This document shows positions 41,417 to 55,600 of a stretch of DNA of 64,000 nucleotides, in pieces. The position numbers and the translations under genes were made by a program. The stretch is taken from positions 722,248 through 786,247 of the forward strand of contig MNCI01000614.1 in assembly GCA_015680685.1 (NCBI GenBank), given 5' to 3'. Position 1 is the first letter of the stretch; every line of letters starts with the position of its first letter. The notes beneath the pieces are model-generated. The model was not told where the DNA came from. It saw nothing but the letters and a program-made list of their open reading frames with translations, and searched no databases. This stretch comes from Gnetum montanum. Lineage: Eukaryota; Plantae; Gnetophyta.

Positions 41417-44400
41417 TGATGTGCGGTGAGATACCCCTATGCCCAACCATACAAATCACAAGCGTTCACTCATGATCTAATCAAATTCCATGGATGGGAC
41501 TAGTTGTGGCATCTAGATCACTATGCCTTGATCACAATTCGCTATCTTTCCACTTAGACTAGTGGTATCTTTGTCACGTATGGTTTAGTCCAAAGTGAGG
41601 TATATGATTTTTATTATTTTATGTTTTACAAGTTTAATTGCCTACAACAAGAATAAAAGGTAGAGTAATTAGATATCTAGTTCATTTATTGCCTATCTAG
41701 CCTAACACAATAACCATCTCACTTTCCCAGACACATCCTGAACACATATAGTGTTGTTGGACTACCAAATGTTAAGCGTTGCTGGGTTACCAAGTACTAT
41801 ATGTATGTTCAAAGTGGTTGTGCTTGTGTTCATCAACAACTAAAAGGCAATTGCTTAATTCAAATGCATTAAAGTAAAGTACATAAAAGTAAAGTGTATT
41901 AAAGAAAATATTAATCTATTCTTAGTGCTACAAGGATTGTCAAAAGAGTTCATTTTTATTCCCATCACACTGCTGCACTTAGGTACATCAATGCTCGAAC
42001 AAAGAACCATATACACTTAAACTTCTTTTGTGAGCACTTATAAAATATTCTAACTTTGGAGAAAATAAGCCATAAGAGCTTTTCTACTCTAACTGAAAAC
42101 TAACAAAAACTCATGTCAAATCAGGAGCCCATGTGCTATATTTATAGGCCAACATATACCTCGTGATGTCGGATACCCAACATCGCATCTAGGCTCCAAC
42201 ATTGGATATCTGACATCGGATCTGATGAAAAAATGTATTTCATCATACCCCCATAACTAAATGAAAACTCATCCTTGAGTGTAGAAGAGGAGGAACAAGT
42301 TCCTTACAACATATTGGGAAGGTATGAGATTATTTACTGACATACAAACTAACTAGATAGAATAGATAGATTGTGAGTGCCCAAGTGTACAAAGTTACAA
42401 TTTTTACGAAATTGGATGTTCATGAAAAGATAAGGGAACACCCTAGAGAAAATTGACATCTAGCACCTCTTGGCAACAAAAGAATGATAGAGAAGATCCA
42501 ATGATCATGAACGATTGTCATTGTGTGGTATTGTTGCATCATCCTTAGTGAAGATAGTCCTGCTTCTAGTCCATGCTTCCCACTGCAATCACAACAGAAT
42601 CATGAATTAGTATGTAATGTATAACACATAGCTATCAAATGCTTTGTCTAATCAATGGTTACACTTGACTAATTTGTGATTGTGGTAGATTGATTCCTTT
42701 AGTAGTGTTAGTGAGAAGGCTGACAAATAGGGTCAAATAGATAAGTAGTCCATTAAATTTGCAAAGGTTTAATACAAGAAAATATTTGAAGAGGATGTAA
42801 GAATTTACAATAATAAAAAGGAAAATTCACTGAAAAATGTTGTAAATATGTGCACAATTGGATGTCATTGATGGGTTAAATAAAAAGATTTGATTGTAAG
42901 AGTGTCTAGGGATAAACAACTTAACTATCCCAACCAAAAGATATGCAAGTGGGTCCTCCCCAAAGTAGGCACAGGCCTTTTATGCCCTTGCATAACTTCA
43001 AACTAAAGAGTTCGTGGGCTTTGAGATGATTAATGATTACAAAAAGTTAAGTACAAAAACCTAAAAGAAACTAACTAAGAATTCTAACATATCAAACTAG
43101 GACATTGAACTAGAACATGAAACCAATAGTGAGGTAAAACATGGAAAGCATAGATGGATGAGAGAGAGTGGAATGGAGTTCCTAATTAATGTCACATGAA
43201 GCCCCTTATGGAATTTATGGTTAAATGACTTTAATAAGATCCATCCTTAGTCCAGACCAAAACCAACCACGTTCAATGACTTCGCATCACCATTCTAAGA
43301 CCAGTCCATCCTCTATGACATAGAAGTGCTCCCATAAAACAACCATTGTTCCTTATTAGAGAAGAAAAGAGTAGGAAATGTGAAAGGGCCTCACTTAAAG
43401 GGAACTAGTCCCATAACCAATGCTTGTAGCCCATTTATTTTACCTAAGGGTTATGTTTTGAATTTCCATCATTTTTTTTTGAAATGGGAACCACACCATG
43501 CAAAGATGTATGCATTTATTTTGTCTAAGGGGTGTGCTTTGAATTCCCATTGTTTTTTTTTTTTTTTTTTTTTTGAATGAGAACCACACGATGTAAAGAT
43601 GTATGCATTTATTTTTTCTAAGGGATCTTCTTTAAATTCCCATCTTTTTTTTATGAGAACCACATCATGCAAAGACTTATTCAACTTCCTTTTATTAGTC
43701 AACATGAAACAATAAGAAATCCATGAAAACACACATGCACCCAGGCAAATAGAAAGACACAAAGAATATGAAATTCTCTTAAAGCCACACCTTGTTCAAA
43801 CCTTTGAATCCTTTCCAATTCCAAAAACTACCAAAGTCTGAAATTTGTCAAAGTTTTTTTAATGAAAAAGGGATTGCACATTTCCAAAACAAGGAAAACC
43901 ATAGAGTTTGTGGATGGGTGGATGTTGTGGACTCACTGCTTGTTACATGGAAAAAAAACCATGTCCTAATTATCTATAACAAAATTCAAAGCCAGAATCC
44001 AAACAGAAACAATCAAATAACAAAAATAGTACATACCACCATCAATCAATACATTACCACTGTACCTGGCACTTATTAACAAAATGTTAGCAAATCACAC
44101 CAAAATAAAAGAAAATATAAAAGAAAGTGTAGAATATTCAAGAAATAGAAAATGTACTGACAATGGTGTAAAATAAAAATTAGAAAAGATTATTAACATG
44201 AAAACAAGAAGATGTAAAATAAAGAATGTGTAAAAAAAAAGATGAAAAACACTTAAGAATCTTAAAGATTAGAATGGGGGATGACCCCCACAACTAAACA
44301 TTTGGCCATGAAAAGGATTAATAAGTGAATAAATAGGATCCATGCATGTATGAAACATTGGTAACCATCTGTGCTCGAGCCACTAGGTATCTATTTATGG

Positions 44401-46687
44401 TGTGATGGCTGGGTAGAAAAATTTTTGGTCACACACTTGATGGTTAAACATATGGTGGGTTAGGGTATGAGGTGTGTTAACGTTATGGATGGTTGGCCCA
44501 CGATAGCACCCTTGATCATGATATGGTATGCATGGATTTTTTTGTCTCCCCACACTATTAGATTTATTGTTTGGATTTAGGATTGGAGTACCGATAGATG
44601 ATGGCCTTTGTGTATGATCAAAGGACAATGGTTGAGACAAGGAAGGTGGTTCACCAAATTTGCCTTGTGCTAGCTTAGATAATATGGTGGGTCCATGTGT
44701 GATCTACTTTGGCTTATAACCTTTCCTCCAAAAGGGATGTTTCCTATGTTGTAGTTGAGACCCACTAGTGTCAGTATTTTTATGCACATTTGCAGCATAA
44801 GTGGCACTCATTTGTGGATATTGGGGTGCTGAACCTTTCTATGTTACTAGTGGTGGCATGTAATTTTGTGGAGTAGGAGGATATTGAGGGTAGGATGGAT
44901 GGTAAGAGACGTGAGGTGGCGATCCTTTAGGGGATGTCATAGGTTGATGGTACTTGGGAGAGTGGTAGTGGCGATTTGAAGTAGATGATGTAAAGCTAAT
45001 TGGAGAAACAAGGTGTTGAATGTAATATCCATGTGCTTTCGACAGATAGGGTGGATAGTATTGATTTGGTGGTGGCCTCTCCCATGACTGTGGTAGATAA
45101 CCATGTTGAGGTTGGTAATAAGTCCCCCTAGGTTGGTACGATTAGTTGTGGGACTATCTATAATTACCTTGTGGGAGAGAAAATCTCTTGAGCATGTGCT
45201 TTTACACAAACTTTGAATTTAAGGTGTCTGCCCAATACTCCTATAGATGTAACAAGACTAGTCAATGGCCCTTTGGATGGTCATATATGCAGATGTTGCA
45301 TCCATTATCTTCATCTATGGTTGGGCCTATAGCCTCACTTTCTTCAACCATTTTTCCTATTTACTGAAAAGTGTTCATAGCTATTTCTTGGTTCTGTATC
45401 CTTTGTTTATTATGATCACCTAGCTTATTTTTCATGATCCTCTCCTTGACCATCTCAATGAGAGTTGTAATGTTTTCATACATCCATTTGGACATCCTAT
45501 TAAACTTTGCTTCAAGTTCATCAATAGACTCCTGTATTGGTAAGATTTGTTGCAAGGTCACCTTATCAAGAGCAATTTTGTTCTCCTTACCATAGATCTA
45601 GACCTCCTTCTATTGAAGAGTTAAGTCCCATTGATATTTCTCGACCTTCTCCCATTTGCACATCTCTCTTTCTTCTTTTGCCACACACTCTATTAGTTCT
45701 TGGATTTAATGGGCTTGGAGCTTGTATAATTGCCCTAAGGCATACATCCCAAGAGTCTCTCATGTTTCATTACAAAGCCCATCTATGATGTGGAAAATTT
45801 GCCTTTCCTCAAAGAAACCATGGCCTGGGCATCTATTCAGTAAGGCATAATATCTATCTAGGGCCATGTCCAAGGGTTCATGTTGTTCTTATTTCCACTT
45901 TTGGATCAATCTCCTCAAATTGGACACTCTTGCATAGGTTTAGTATTTCTCATTACCCAACCATACGAATCATAAGAGTTCATGCATGACCTAGTCGAAT
46001 TCCATGGATGGGACTAGTTGTGGCATCTAGATTGCTATGCCTTGATTGCAATTCATTGTCTTCCCACTTGGACTAGTGGTAGCTTTGTCACGTATGGTTT
46101 AGTCCAAAGTGAGGCATATGATTTTTATTATTTTATGTTTTACAAGTTAATCACCTACAACAAGAATAAAAGGTAGATTAATTAGAGATATAGTTCATTT
46201 ACTACCTATCTAGCCTAACACAAGTAATCATCCCACTTTTCCAAACACATCCTAAACACATATAGTGCTGCTAGGCTACCAAATGTTAAGTGTTGCTAAG
46301 TTATCAAGTACTATATGTATGCTCGAAGTGGTCATGCTTGTGTTCATTAACAATTAAAAAGTAATTTCTTAATTCAAATGCATTAAAGTAAAGTTAATTA
46401 AAGAAAACATTAATCTATTCTCAACACTACAAGGATTGTCAAAAGAGTTCATTTTTATTCTTGTCACACTGCTATGCTTAGGTACATTAGTGCTCGACCA
46501 AAGAACCGTACACACTTAGAATCCTTTTGTAGGCACTCAGAAAATATTCTAACTCTAGAGAAAATAAATTGCAAGAGCCTCACTACTTTGACTGAAAACT
46601 AACAAAAACTCATGTCAAACTAGGAAACCAAGTGCTATATTTATAGTGTCATTGATGTCAAAGTTGATGAAAAAACATGTTTCATCA
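41417..46687 (-). mobile_element. Athila-like element A3, internally deleted non-autonomous (gag fragment only)
   Basis: LTRs 41417-42245 and ~45955-46687. Perfect TSD ATGAG at 41412-41416 and 46688-46692. PPT TTATGGGGGTA. Gag fragment ~44400-45950. Internal non-coding region is homologous to A2 30550-31200. Confidence 0.9.
43432..43676. repeat. Tandem triplication of an ~85-bp unit inside A3
   Basis: Three copies of ATTTATTTT..CTAAGGG...TTTRAATTYCCAT..T(n)..ATGRGAACCACA..ATGYAAAGA; a single copy occurs in A2 at ~30885-30920. Confidence 0.85.
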
Positions 46688-48599
46688 ATGAGTATTAAAA
46701 AAATAAAAATGACACTTAAAGAGAAAGATAATCTAGATAAGTTTCTGATACTAACTGGAAAAGATAACCTGCATAACCACCACAAAATGTTAGAATAGTT
46801 ATTGAGAAAGAAAACCCACATAAGCATTGCTAACTAAAAGTACAAATCCAAATAATTATAAATATCATATATATGTATGTATGTATGTATACAAAAATAA
46901 ACACTCAGTGATGAGAAATTGTATCCAAATCATTGAATAAATCAAACAAATGATCTGAGCCAAAAGAGAATTTTTGTCAAGTAGGAATCTAAGATTACTA
47001 AAAACCAAATCAAAAGGATGACAATAATTGCAATAAAATCATAAAGGAAAATATAAAATTCTAAAAAATGATTAGTTACTATTGTCAAACTTTTAGGAAT
47101 TTTGAAATGCACTAGAAACTATGTTTTAATTTTTTATGCCATTTTTAAAATTTAAAACATTAGGGTTTACTTTACAAAAGTTGTATTTTTCATGTGCTTT
47201 CAAATCATGGTAATAGCAAATGTCATGACATTTTTCACAACCTTATGCTAGGGGCACAATGAAGTGGAATGAATCAATAAAAAGATGTGGTTGAATTAAC
47301 ATGGACAAGTAAAGAATTTTTTCTTCTAGGACACCACACCACTTTCTAGAATCATCTTGACACTCAAAAATATAAAATAAAACCATAGTTCTATATTTCA
47401 AAAACTTTTCAAAATCAAAACATAAATAACCATGTAGCCTTTTCATTTTATCTTTATTTCATAACCTAGTTTTAACTTTTTGATCATGTGTCATGTTATT
47501 TTACCATGTGTTACCTTGTTTTAGCCGTAGTACAACTACTTAGCCTTGCTTATACATGTTTGCTTAACATTTTCTTGATTTATGCTCCTCTTTCATGATT
47601 TGTCTTTAGATTGTTCTTTTAAAAAACATGAAAATACCATAAAAATTCCAAAACATAAAAATCTATAAAAATTCTTAAAACATAAAAACTCATAAAATTT
47701 AGCCATGGCTTGCCACGGCCTTAAACTAGTAATCTATTGTAGCCTTTTTCCTACCACTATTATAGTCATTATACCATATTTTACACTTTGTTTGGCTTGA
47801 TTGCTTTATGTTTTGCATTTTCCTATAAATTTTTACCTTATAGCCTTACACTTTAACCAACGTAGCCTTCTTATACGAATAAAACATAAAATACATAAAA
47901 ATGAAAAATGCTAAGAAAATATCCAAAATTGAAAATATTATAATAAATGTGTCCATGTCCAATAGCCATAGTCACACAATGTGACAAAAATTTAGTTAAC
48001 AATGGCAACAAAAAAAAAAAAGTCTAATAGCCTTGGTTGCACTGTGCAACAATAAAATAAACAAACTATTCCATATCCCCAATGGCTATGAATAGCCAAT
48101 AAATAATTACATTAACACTATAACTAGGATAACCAAAAATATAAGATTGGTATGCCTAAGGAAAAAATAGAGGAGGAGGAGGAACATCATCACCATCATG
48201 ACCACTAGGGTTGCTACCATCACCTAGTGTTTGCAACACAACAAAGACAAAAACAAAACATAAAACAAAAAAATTTATTAATTAGTAGCTAGTATAGTCA
48301 AAACGTAACCATAAAACAAAAAGATAAAAATGAAAATACAAATTAAACTAAACTAATAATGGTAAAAAATGAAAACTCTAAAACACCTATCTCGGGAAAA
48401 CTTAGAAGGCTAGTCTGTAAACAACAAAGAATTTGCTCTTCATTCACATTAGCTTAGTCTATCTTCCCAAGGTCTACACTTGTTAAAATATTCATTCTCT
48501 CAACATTGGTCCATGTTAGAGGCTCTTGGGAAAAGGTGGTAGTAGTAGCCTCTCTAAAAGTGGTAGTCATCTAAGGAGCAGAGAAATTAGAAACGACCA

Positions 48600-51500
48600 T
48601 AGAGCTTTCAAATAGCTTGAAGGCATCCTTTACATTTATTCCTTGCACAAACATCTTGAGCTTTTGGCTCTTCACAATCTCCTCTGTAGCCATTTGAGGT
48701 AGCTCTTCTTTTCTACTTTGCACTTTAGCTTGTGATTCTTTTATTTCTTACCTTACTCAATGACCCAAGCGTAGTAGCTAGTCTCTAATTTTATGAACCA
48801 ATAGATCCATTTGTATATCCTTTTTGACATTACTCCTAGCTAGAGCAACCTTGCCATGGATGGCACTCTAGTAGCATGACCACTCAATTTTCTTAGTGTG
48901 CAAGGAGTCTCTATTGGCTACACTAGCCTCTATAAACTCCTTGCAATGTCTAAGATCTCTAATTTTAGCTACATGTCACTTGTTGTCTTTTACTAACATC
49001 ATGATCTTTTCCCATAGGAATTCGTTGGAGCATTGGCACTTCCAAGAAGTCCTATCATACGAGGGGACACATTTGGTGGCTCCCTCATACAACCTTTATG
49101 GAACATTTTCCACATTAGGTGACAATGTAGGCAACTCATCAAGCTCAACATCACACTCAGGATCCCATCTAACTTTGGACACTACAATAACCATAATAAA
49201 ATATATGCATAAAAACAATAATCAACAAAAGAAACAAAGAACACTTCAAACTACTAAGACCATATAGGCCTAAAATGTAAAAAGCCATTAAAAATATATA
49301 AAACATTAAAAAATATATAAATAGTAAAACAATTAATGCAAAATATGCTATTGTTCTTGCCAACATCAAGAGCTATTTGTTGCAACTAATTGATCATATC
49401 TTTTGTCATGCCTTGCATGAACTTAGTTTTGTCAAGAACCTTAGCCCACGATTTCAAATGAAATGTAGAGGTTGATGCCTGTGGAAGAGGTTTGGACACT
49501 ACAACAAGTATAATTGTCAACACAACTAAAAAATTAAAACAAATTTCAACATAAAACTATAAAACAAAATGCATAAGTACCTGGAGGACCATTTGGGATG
49601 GTAATGAAAGGTTCATCATCGAATGTAGAATCTTCAAATATGACATCTAAGGCATCCAATGCTTCATTAGATACCCTCTCAACCTTGTCCTATTATCCTT
49701 ATGCTTCTTCTTCTTGGCATCTTTATTCTGTTGCTATTGCTACCTAGGCTACCAATTCTTGTTGCTTCCCTACAAGAATTGCAAAGACAAAACATAGAAC
49801 AAGTTAGCAAATTTTGTCTAAAATAAAGTAATAATATAAACATATAACATAAAAAATATACAAAATGTCAAAAAAAAACAAAATTAAACCAAAAAAATGT
49901 AAATAAAACATACCTAAAATAGTGTGATATGCCTTGCCAAATCTAAGGAATATCTTCTTTCTTGCTAGTTGTTCAATAATGGGAACTATTTCTTCAACTA
50001 ATGGCCTTTTAATTTTTCTTTAGGTACACCATCAACATTGGCATAAACTTCTTTGGCTCTCTTAGCACTCACACGGGTAATATGTGGTTCAATCCCCATG
50101 CTATCAAAGGAAGAACAATGTGCACCAGTAAGTTTCTTAGTGGTAACTAACAGCAATTCTCCAATATCTTTAACTAGTGGATCTTGAGCCTACATAGTTG
50201 GAACAATATGTTTAACCCAAGGCTTGGAAAATTGGGAGAGATCATAATTCATCCATTTTCCATCCTTCTTAACCACCAAGAATTCTGCAAACCTTCTTAG
50301 ATATGCAGCAAAAAATACAAATTACATGTGGCATATTGTATCAAGGTTATTACAGAATTTTTGAATCTCCACTTGTAGCCCAAAGACCAACTGCATAGCC
50401 TAGTTGAACTTAGCATCCTCGATGAGGATCTTTTTCTTGGTCCAAGTCTGTTGAATACCAAGGATCTTCTTCTGCAAAAACAATAAGAGAAATGCTCTAG
50501 AGAAAAATAAAGGATACATCTTGTTGACCTCTAAGACCTCACACAAATATAAGGGTAATCCTCCACTACCACGATGAGAATTAAGCCACTTTTCAACCTC
50601 CTCTCTATGGCTCACCTCTTTCCCTGCTCTTATGGAAACCTTGATGCCATCATAAGATACACCAAAGAGGTTGCTAAATGTGTATTCATTCATGACCAAG
50701 GTAACAAGCATACTATGAACATGAGAGATGAATTTCTTGACTTCTTTGGTAAAAGAGTCAATTACATTCAACATCTTTGTAGTAGGCATTGATGGACTAG
50801 GAAGCACAAACAAATTAAGCAAACCTGCATTGAGGATCCTCTCCTAGATCTCTCTAGGTGCTCTGCTAGCCAACCACTCGTGTGTTGAATCTACTTCACT
50901 ACACTTGAGAATAAGGTTCTCCTCCTCATGTCCTGAGGTGATTACGACAATGGTAGATTTAGGCGTAGGTCCTACAACACAATGTGAACATCCCATTAGC
51001 CTTTGGCGTGAGTAAATCATACAAAGCCAAAATAATAATAAACATAGTAAATTAAAATTAAATTTATAACCATATGGTTAAAACCAATTAAACACATGAG
51101 GCCAAAGTAACCAAAAAACAACACAACTAAGAAATGTTGATATTACGTGAACAAAAAAAATCAAAAAATAAAATTATTAAATTTGTTTACTTGGTTTAGG
51201 CAACTTAGGTGCCCTAGAAACCATAGGTGCATATATGCCTAAGTCTAGGAGACCCCACCAAGTATGAGCAGTTCTAGTGACCAAACACTTATCGTAGACC
51301 TAAGAGTAACATGAAGTATATCTGCTAAAGTCATCCTTTAGTTGCCGCAACACCACAAATCTCATAGCTAGGCCTTGTGCAAAAACCTCCAATGTTGTGT
51401 GTGCCAAAGGTAGGATTTGATCACTCTTGATCAATCCTCCATCATGCACTTTATATCTACAACGAATAAATGCAAAAAATTATTAGAACCAAATAACCTA

Positions 51501-51965
51501 ATCAAAAAAAACAAACAAAGAAAAACTTAGGATGGAACATATATTTGCAACAGTTAAAAGGTGCCAAGAGGATTCTGGAACAAACTATTGATTCAGTGGC
51601 CTATCATTAGGGTGTTGTTGACATTATACCAAATGAACTCTAGCATGTCCCAAATTTGGGATAACCTATGCACTCCTGGTGTATATGAATCATCACACCA
51701 GTCACCTTCTGGATTGCTAGGATCATCCAACATGAACTTGGTAATGTGACTAGCAAAGCTTGGTAGAAGTGTCTCCATTATGACAACTGCAGTGTTGGTG
51801 GCCAAGTGTGACCACAAAATCACACTAAAGTTCTCAAGTAAGAACCCTAAGAACTCCTTGGCCCCAAGCATGAACTATAGATAGCCACGATCCAGGACCA
51901 TGTTGGGAGGCAAGTTGTTTGGTCTTGGTGTATCACAACTACCAGGGTAGGCTTCAAAAAGACCC
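48600..51965 (-). pseudogene. Degenerate multi-exon gene on the minus strand, probably transposon-borne; product unidentified
   Basis: Coding-like blocks (51593-51871, 50400-50822, 48700-49150) alternate with T-rich intron-like blocks with GT/AG ends (acceptors at ~51964, ~51458, ~49770; donors at ~51190, ~49913, ~49580). Many C>T stops. Confidence 0.4.
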
Positions 51966-52668
51966 TGCATCATTAAACAACGAAACCATTAAAACACAAA
52001 ATAACAATAAACAAAATTCAATAACAGTTAAACAAAAAATAACAAGGGTAATGTCAACGTTTCCATACAAAATAAAACAAAAAGTTATAACCATAGCAGA
52101 AACCAAAATTCAGCTTATTCACAGTTTTTCGCAAAAAACCAAGTAGCCTAAAACAATGAAGACAGTTCCATGATTAGGAAAAAGTGCATAAAAATTACAA
52201 TAATTTTATTTCAAGCACTAAACAATGAGAACAAGCCTGTAACAAGTTGAAACATATGCTAACAATGCCCCAGTAACTGTAAAATTTTTCAACTTGAATT
52301 TGATGAAATTTTGGCTATAAAAACCAGTATACAATGAAACAACTGTAGTAAAAACTTTGGGGAAGCTAGAGAAAAAATTTCAAAAAATTCAAGATGCTAT
52401 TCAAAACTCATATATACAATGTAAATAACCTTTAGAGACCTTAGACACAACTAGGAAAACATCAAAAAGTGACCAACGCTACCGGTGCAGGCTAGGAAGC
52501 TTGCAGGCTCAAAAACTCATAATATTTCTTTCTTTCTTTTTTTGTCTGAGCAATAGTATGAACGCAAATGCAGCATTTTTAATGTTTGGGTTTTTACTAC
52601 CAAAACAATCTGTAGTTCTTTTGCCGTTCATATTTTCTAAGCATGTACAGTTTGTATGAATTCTGTAG

Positions 52669-55600
52669 GGGTTGGTGTTCCTTTTCAGTCTCATAGGTTT
52701 GGCACCACTGGCTGAACGTCTTGGGTTCTTGACAGAGTAAGCTTTGATTATAGTTGCATTCATAAGTGACAAATTATGCAGATATGGATGATGCTGTGGG
52801 ACTCAATTCATCATCTTTTGTAGGGAGCTTAGCTTTTACACTGGCTCTACAACTATGCTTTTTCTCCTATAAATTCTCGAATTCTGATAATTGTTTATGG
52901 AATTATTAGAAGTCTTGGATAGTGAGTTGGCTTCATATCAATCCTAGACTCATCTACTTTTATATAACAACATTAAAGTATCATGCAGATTCGGAGGTTT
53001 GTGTTAGTGTATAATTTCATACTTGAATTTTCTGTTAATTTTGCTTTAATAGCATACCACCTTACGTTTATATTCATGCTCCTTGATTTTCACCCCTTTA
53101 TTCGCTATTCTTAGACCATTTTCTAGATGTTGGCATTTCTATTGATAATCAATTTTAATTCTCTTTTCATTTTGCAGTTGGAGGTCTTTTAAATGCTACA
53201 TTTGGAAATGCTACTAAGTTGATAATCTCACTGCATGCACTTAGAAATGACATGATTAATGTGGTGAAGCAATCGTTGTTGGGTTCTATACTTTCAAACA
53301 TGTTCCTTGTTCTTGGATCTGCATTGGTGGCATTAAAAATAAAAAGATACAATCATTCAATAAGGTGCTTCTCCTCTGGCAAAGTTTATAAACAATGCTT
53401 GTGAACAACTTGCAAATTGCTTGAAATAAAATAACGGGGTGCGTAAATTTGCATTTGCAGGCCACTGCTACTGTTAATTCTGGGTTGTTACTTATGGCCG
53501 TTATGGGGCTACTTTTTCCAGCTGTACTTCATTTTACACACACCGAAATTCACACAGGGCAGTCAGAGATGGCCCTTTCAAGGTTTAGCAGTTGCATAAT
53601 GCTCATAGCATATTCAAGCTATCTGTTTTTTCAACTGAAGAATGATCAAGCTATGCATGACTTATAATAACTGTCTTCATTTCTTTTCTGTCAGGCTATC
53701 TTGTCAAAGCACCTGAGTTAAGATAAAACAATTTCCAAGTTCTATTGGTGATATAAATTTGATATTGCTTAATATCAAACTTGATCTGAAAGCAAATGTT
53801 GAAATACCGAAGTTTATATATGTACATAGAAATGTAAACTACAGAGATCAACTGAAGTGGCCAGATCTCAATTAGCATTCATACAATTCAACGGGAAGTG
53901 GCCAGATAAAGGGCAAACCTGTTACAAGAAACAATTGAGAATGTTTCAAAAAGTGTAGGGTTGCACTTTTGCATTGTTCTTTCGACTAACCAAAACATTT
54001 GTGCTCAGATTGTTTCCCATGAAAACTTTCCACAAGATTTGCATGCTGAACATCTTTGTAATTTTAACTAGTATGATCACATGGTCTCTCACACAATTAA
54101 CTTTGTAATGACTAGGACATTCAATGTAACGGCAGTGTTTTGTTTCCACTGTTTCATTGTTTTTGTTGTTAACATGACTAGAACAAGCAATACTAAACAC
54201 TCTTTATGCTTCTTCATTAAAATTTCACTTAAAAATTTACTTCATGCATTCTTCAAACAGTATTAATCTGTAAACTGGCTTTGTAACTAATTGTTTAGTA
54301 GGTTGTTATAATTAAGAAATAAAGCTTTAAGGTGTGATGCTTTTTCACAGAAAGTGCTAAATATATCACTGAATATGGTGACATATTACTCCTTCTAGAT
54401 GTAAAATGATTGGCCAATTATGTAAGTAGTGATTAGAACAATGTTGATTGATATGATTTTGAAGTTAGTAATGTGTATGGGCTTTGACCTGTAATGCTGG
54501 TAAAGTCCCAATGCTATTACCCCAGTGGTCGGAGTCTGAATCCCTATGGGCATCTGAAACCCAGATGGTATCAGTCTTTTCTATGTTCTTCCAACTAAAA
54601 AAGGTAGTTCATAATGCATACAAACTTTTAGCTGCATATGTTCATGTCCTCTTAAATCACAGAGTCTTGAAATTTTGTCTGAAGATGAATCCTGTCAACA
54701 TTTGAAACTAACGTTGACATATGTTACAGATCCTTAAAAAATGTTCAAATATTTGATTATTCTAAACTGAAATGTTTATCACATTTATTACATACAATGA
54801 TGTAACTATTCAACAAAGTTTAAGCAAAACGAATGAATAAAGATACATGTCTGATGCAGGGGGCATCTAAAAGGTGCAACATGCCATCGGCGTTTATTAG
54901 TGTTTTCTTGCTCCCTGTTTTTGGAAATGCTGCAGAGCATTCAAGTGCTCTCATTTTTAGCATGAAAGATGAAGTGGTACTGAATCACTCTATTACAGTT
55001 TTTGGTTCTAGTTTTCAGCAGTTATTGCAATACAACTGATTCATTTGTTTGCAAATAACTTACATCACATGATATTTCTCTAGGAGTTGTCATTGGATCA
55101 TCTACACAGATATCAATGTTTTTGGTAAAACATTTGTTTTTAGATAGCTTTATTTATTTTTCTTTTTTCTTTTTCTTTTTTTTTTCTTTTATGCTTAAAT
55201 GACTCTGAAACTTCTGTGATGTCTTTGTGGAGTCCCTTTACATCAATTGACGATGATTCAGTTTCTACCATGTTTGTTTTGTGATATTGAACCTTTGACC
55301 TATAATATACAAATTACAAGTAGGACCAAACTGGCTAGAACAATATTCTAATCATCTAAGCTTTAGCTTCCATAATAACATCAACAGGTCCTATAATATG
55401 ATGGAGAAAGTGGGGGGTTTTTTCTTTGTTTTTGTTTTTGTTTTGTTTTTTCTTTTCAGAAATGTCAGAGTTGTATTAATTACAAAAGAATTTATAAAAG
55501 CTCTGCCTAATATACATGCAGCCGGGATACAAAATGGTCCACCTTGAAATCGGCCATACTAGGCCAAAAGATCCATAACACATCATGCCATAAACAAAAG

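Noticed and set aside
51190-51460. Plant mobile domain (PMD) assignment for the spliced relic
   Set aside because: Only a vague MTLADILHV resemblance; not enough to name it.
54484-54705. Missing CAX acidic-loop/TM7 exon
   Set aside because: No acidic run, no LSxYLVDAIE motif and no suitable splice sites.
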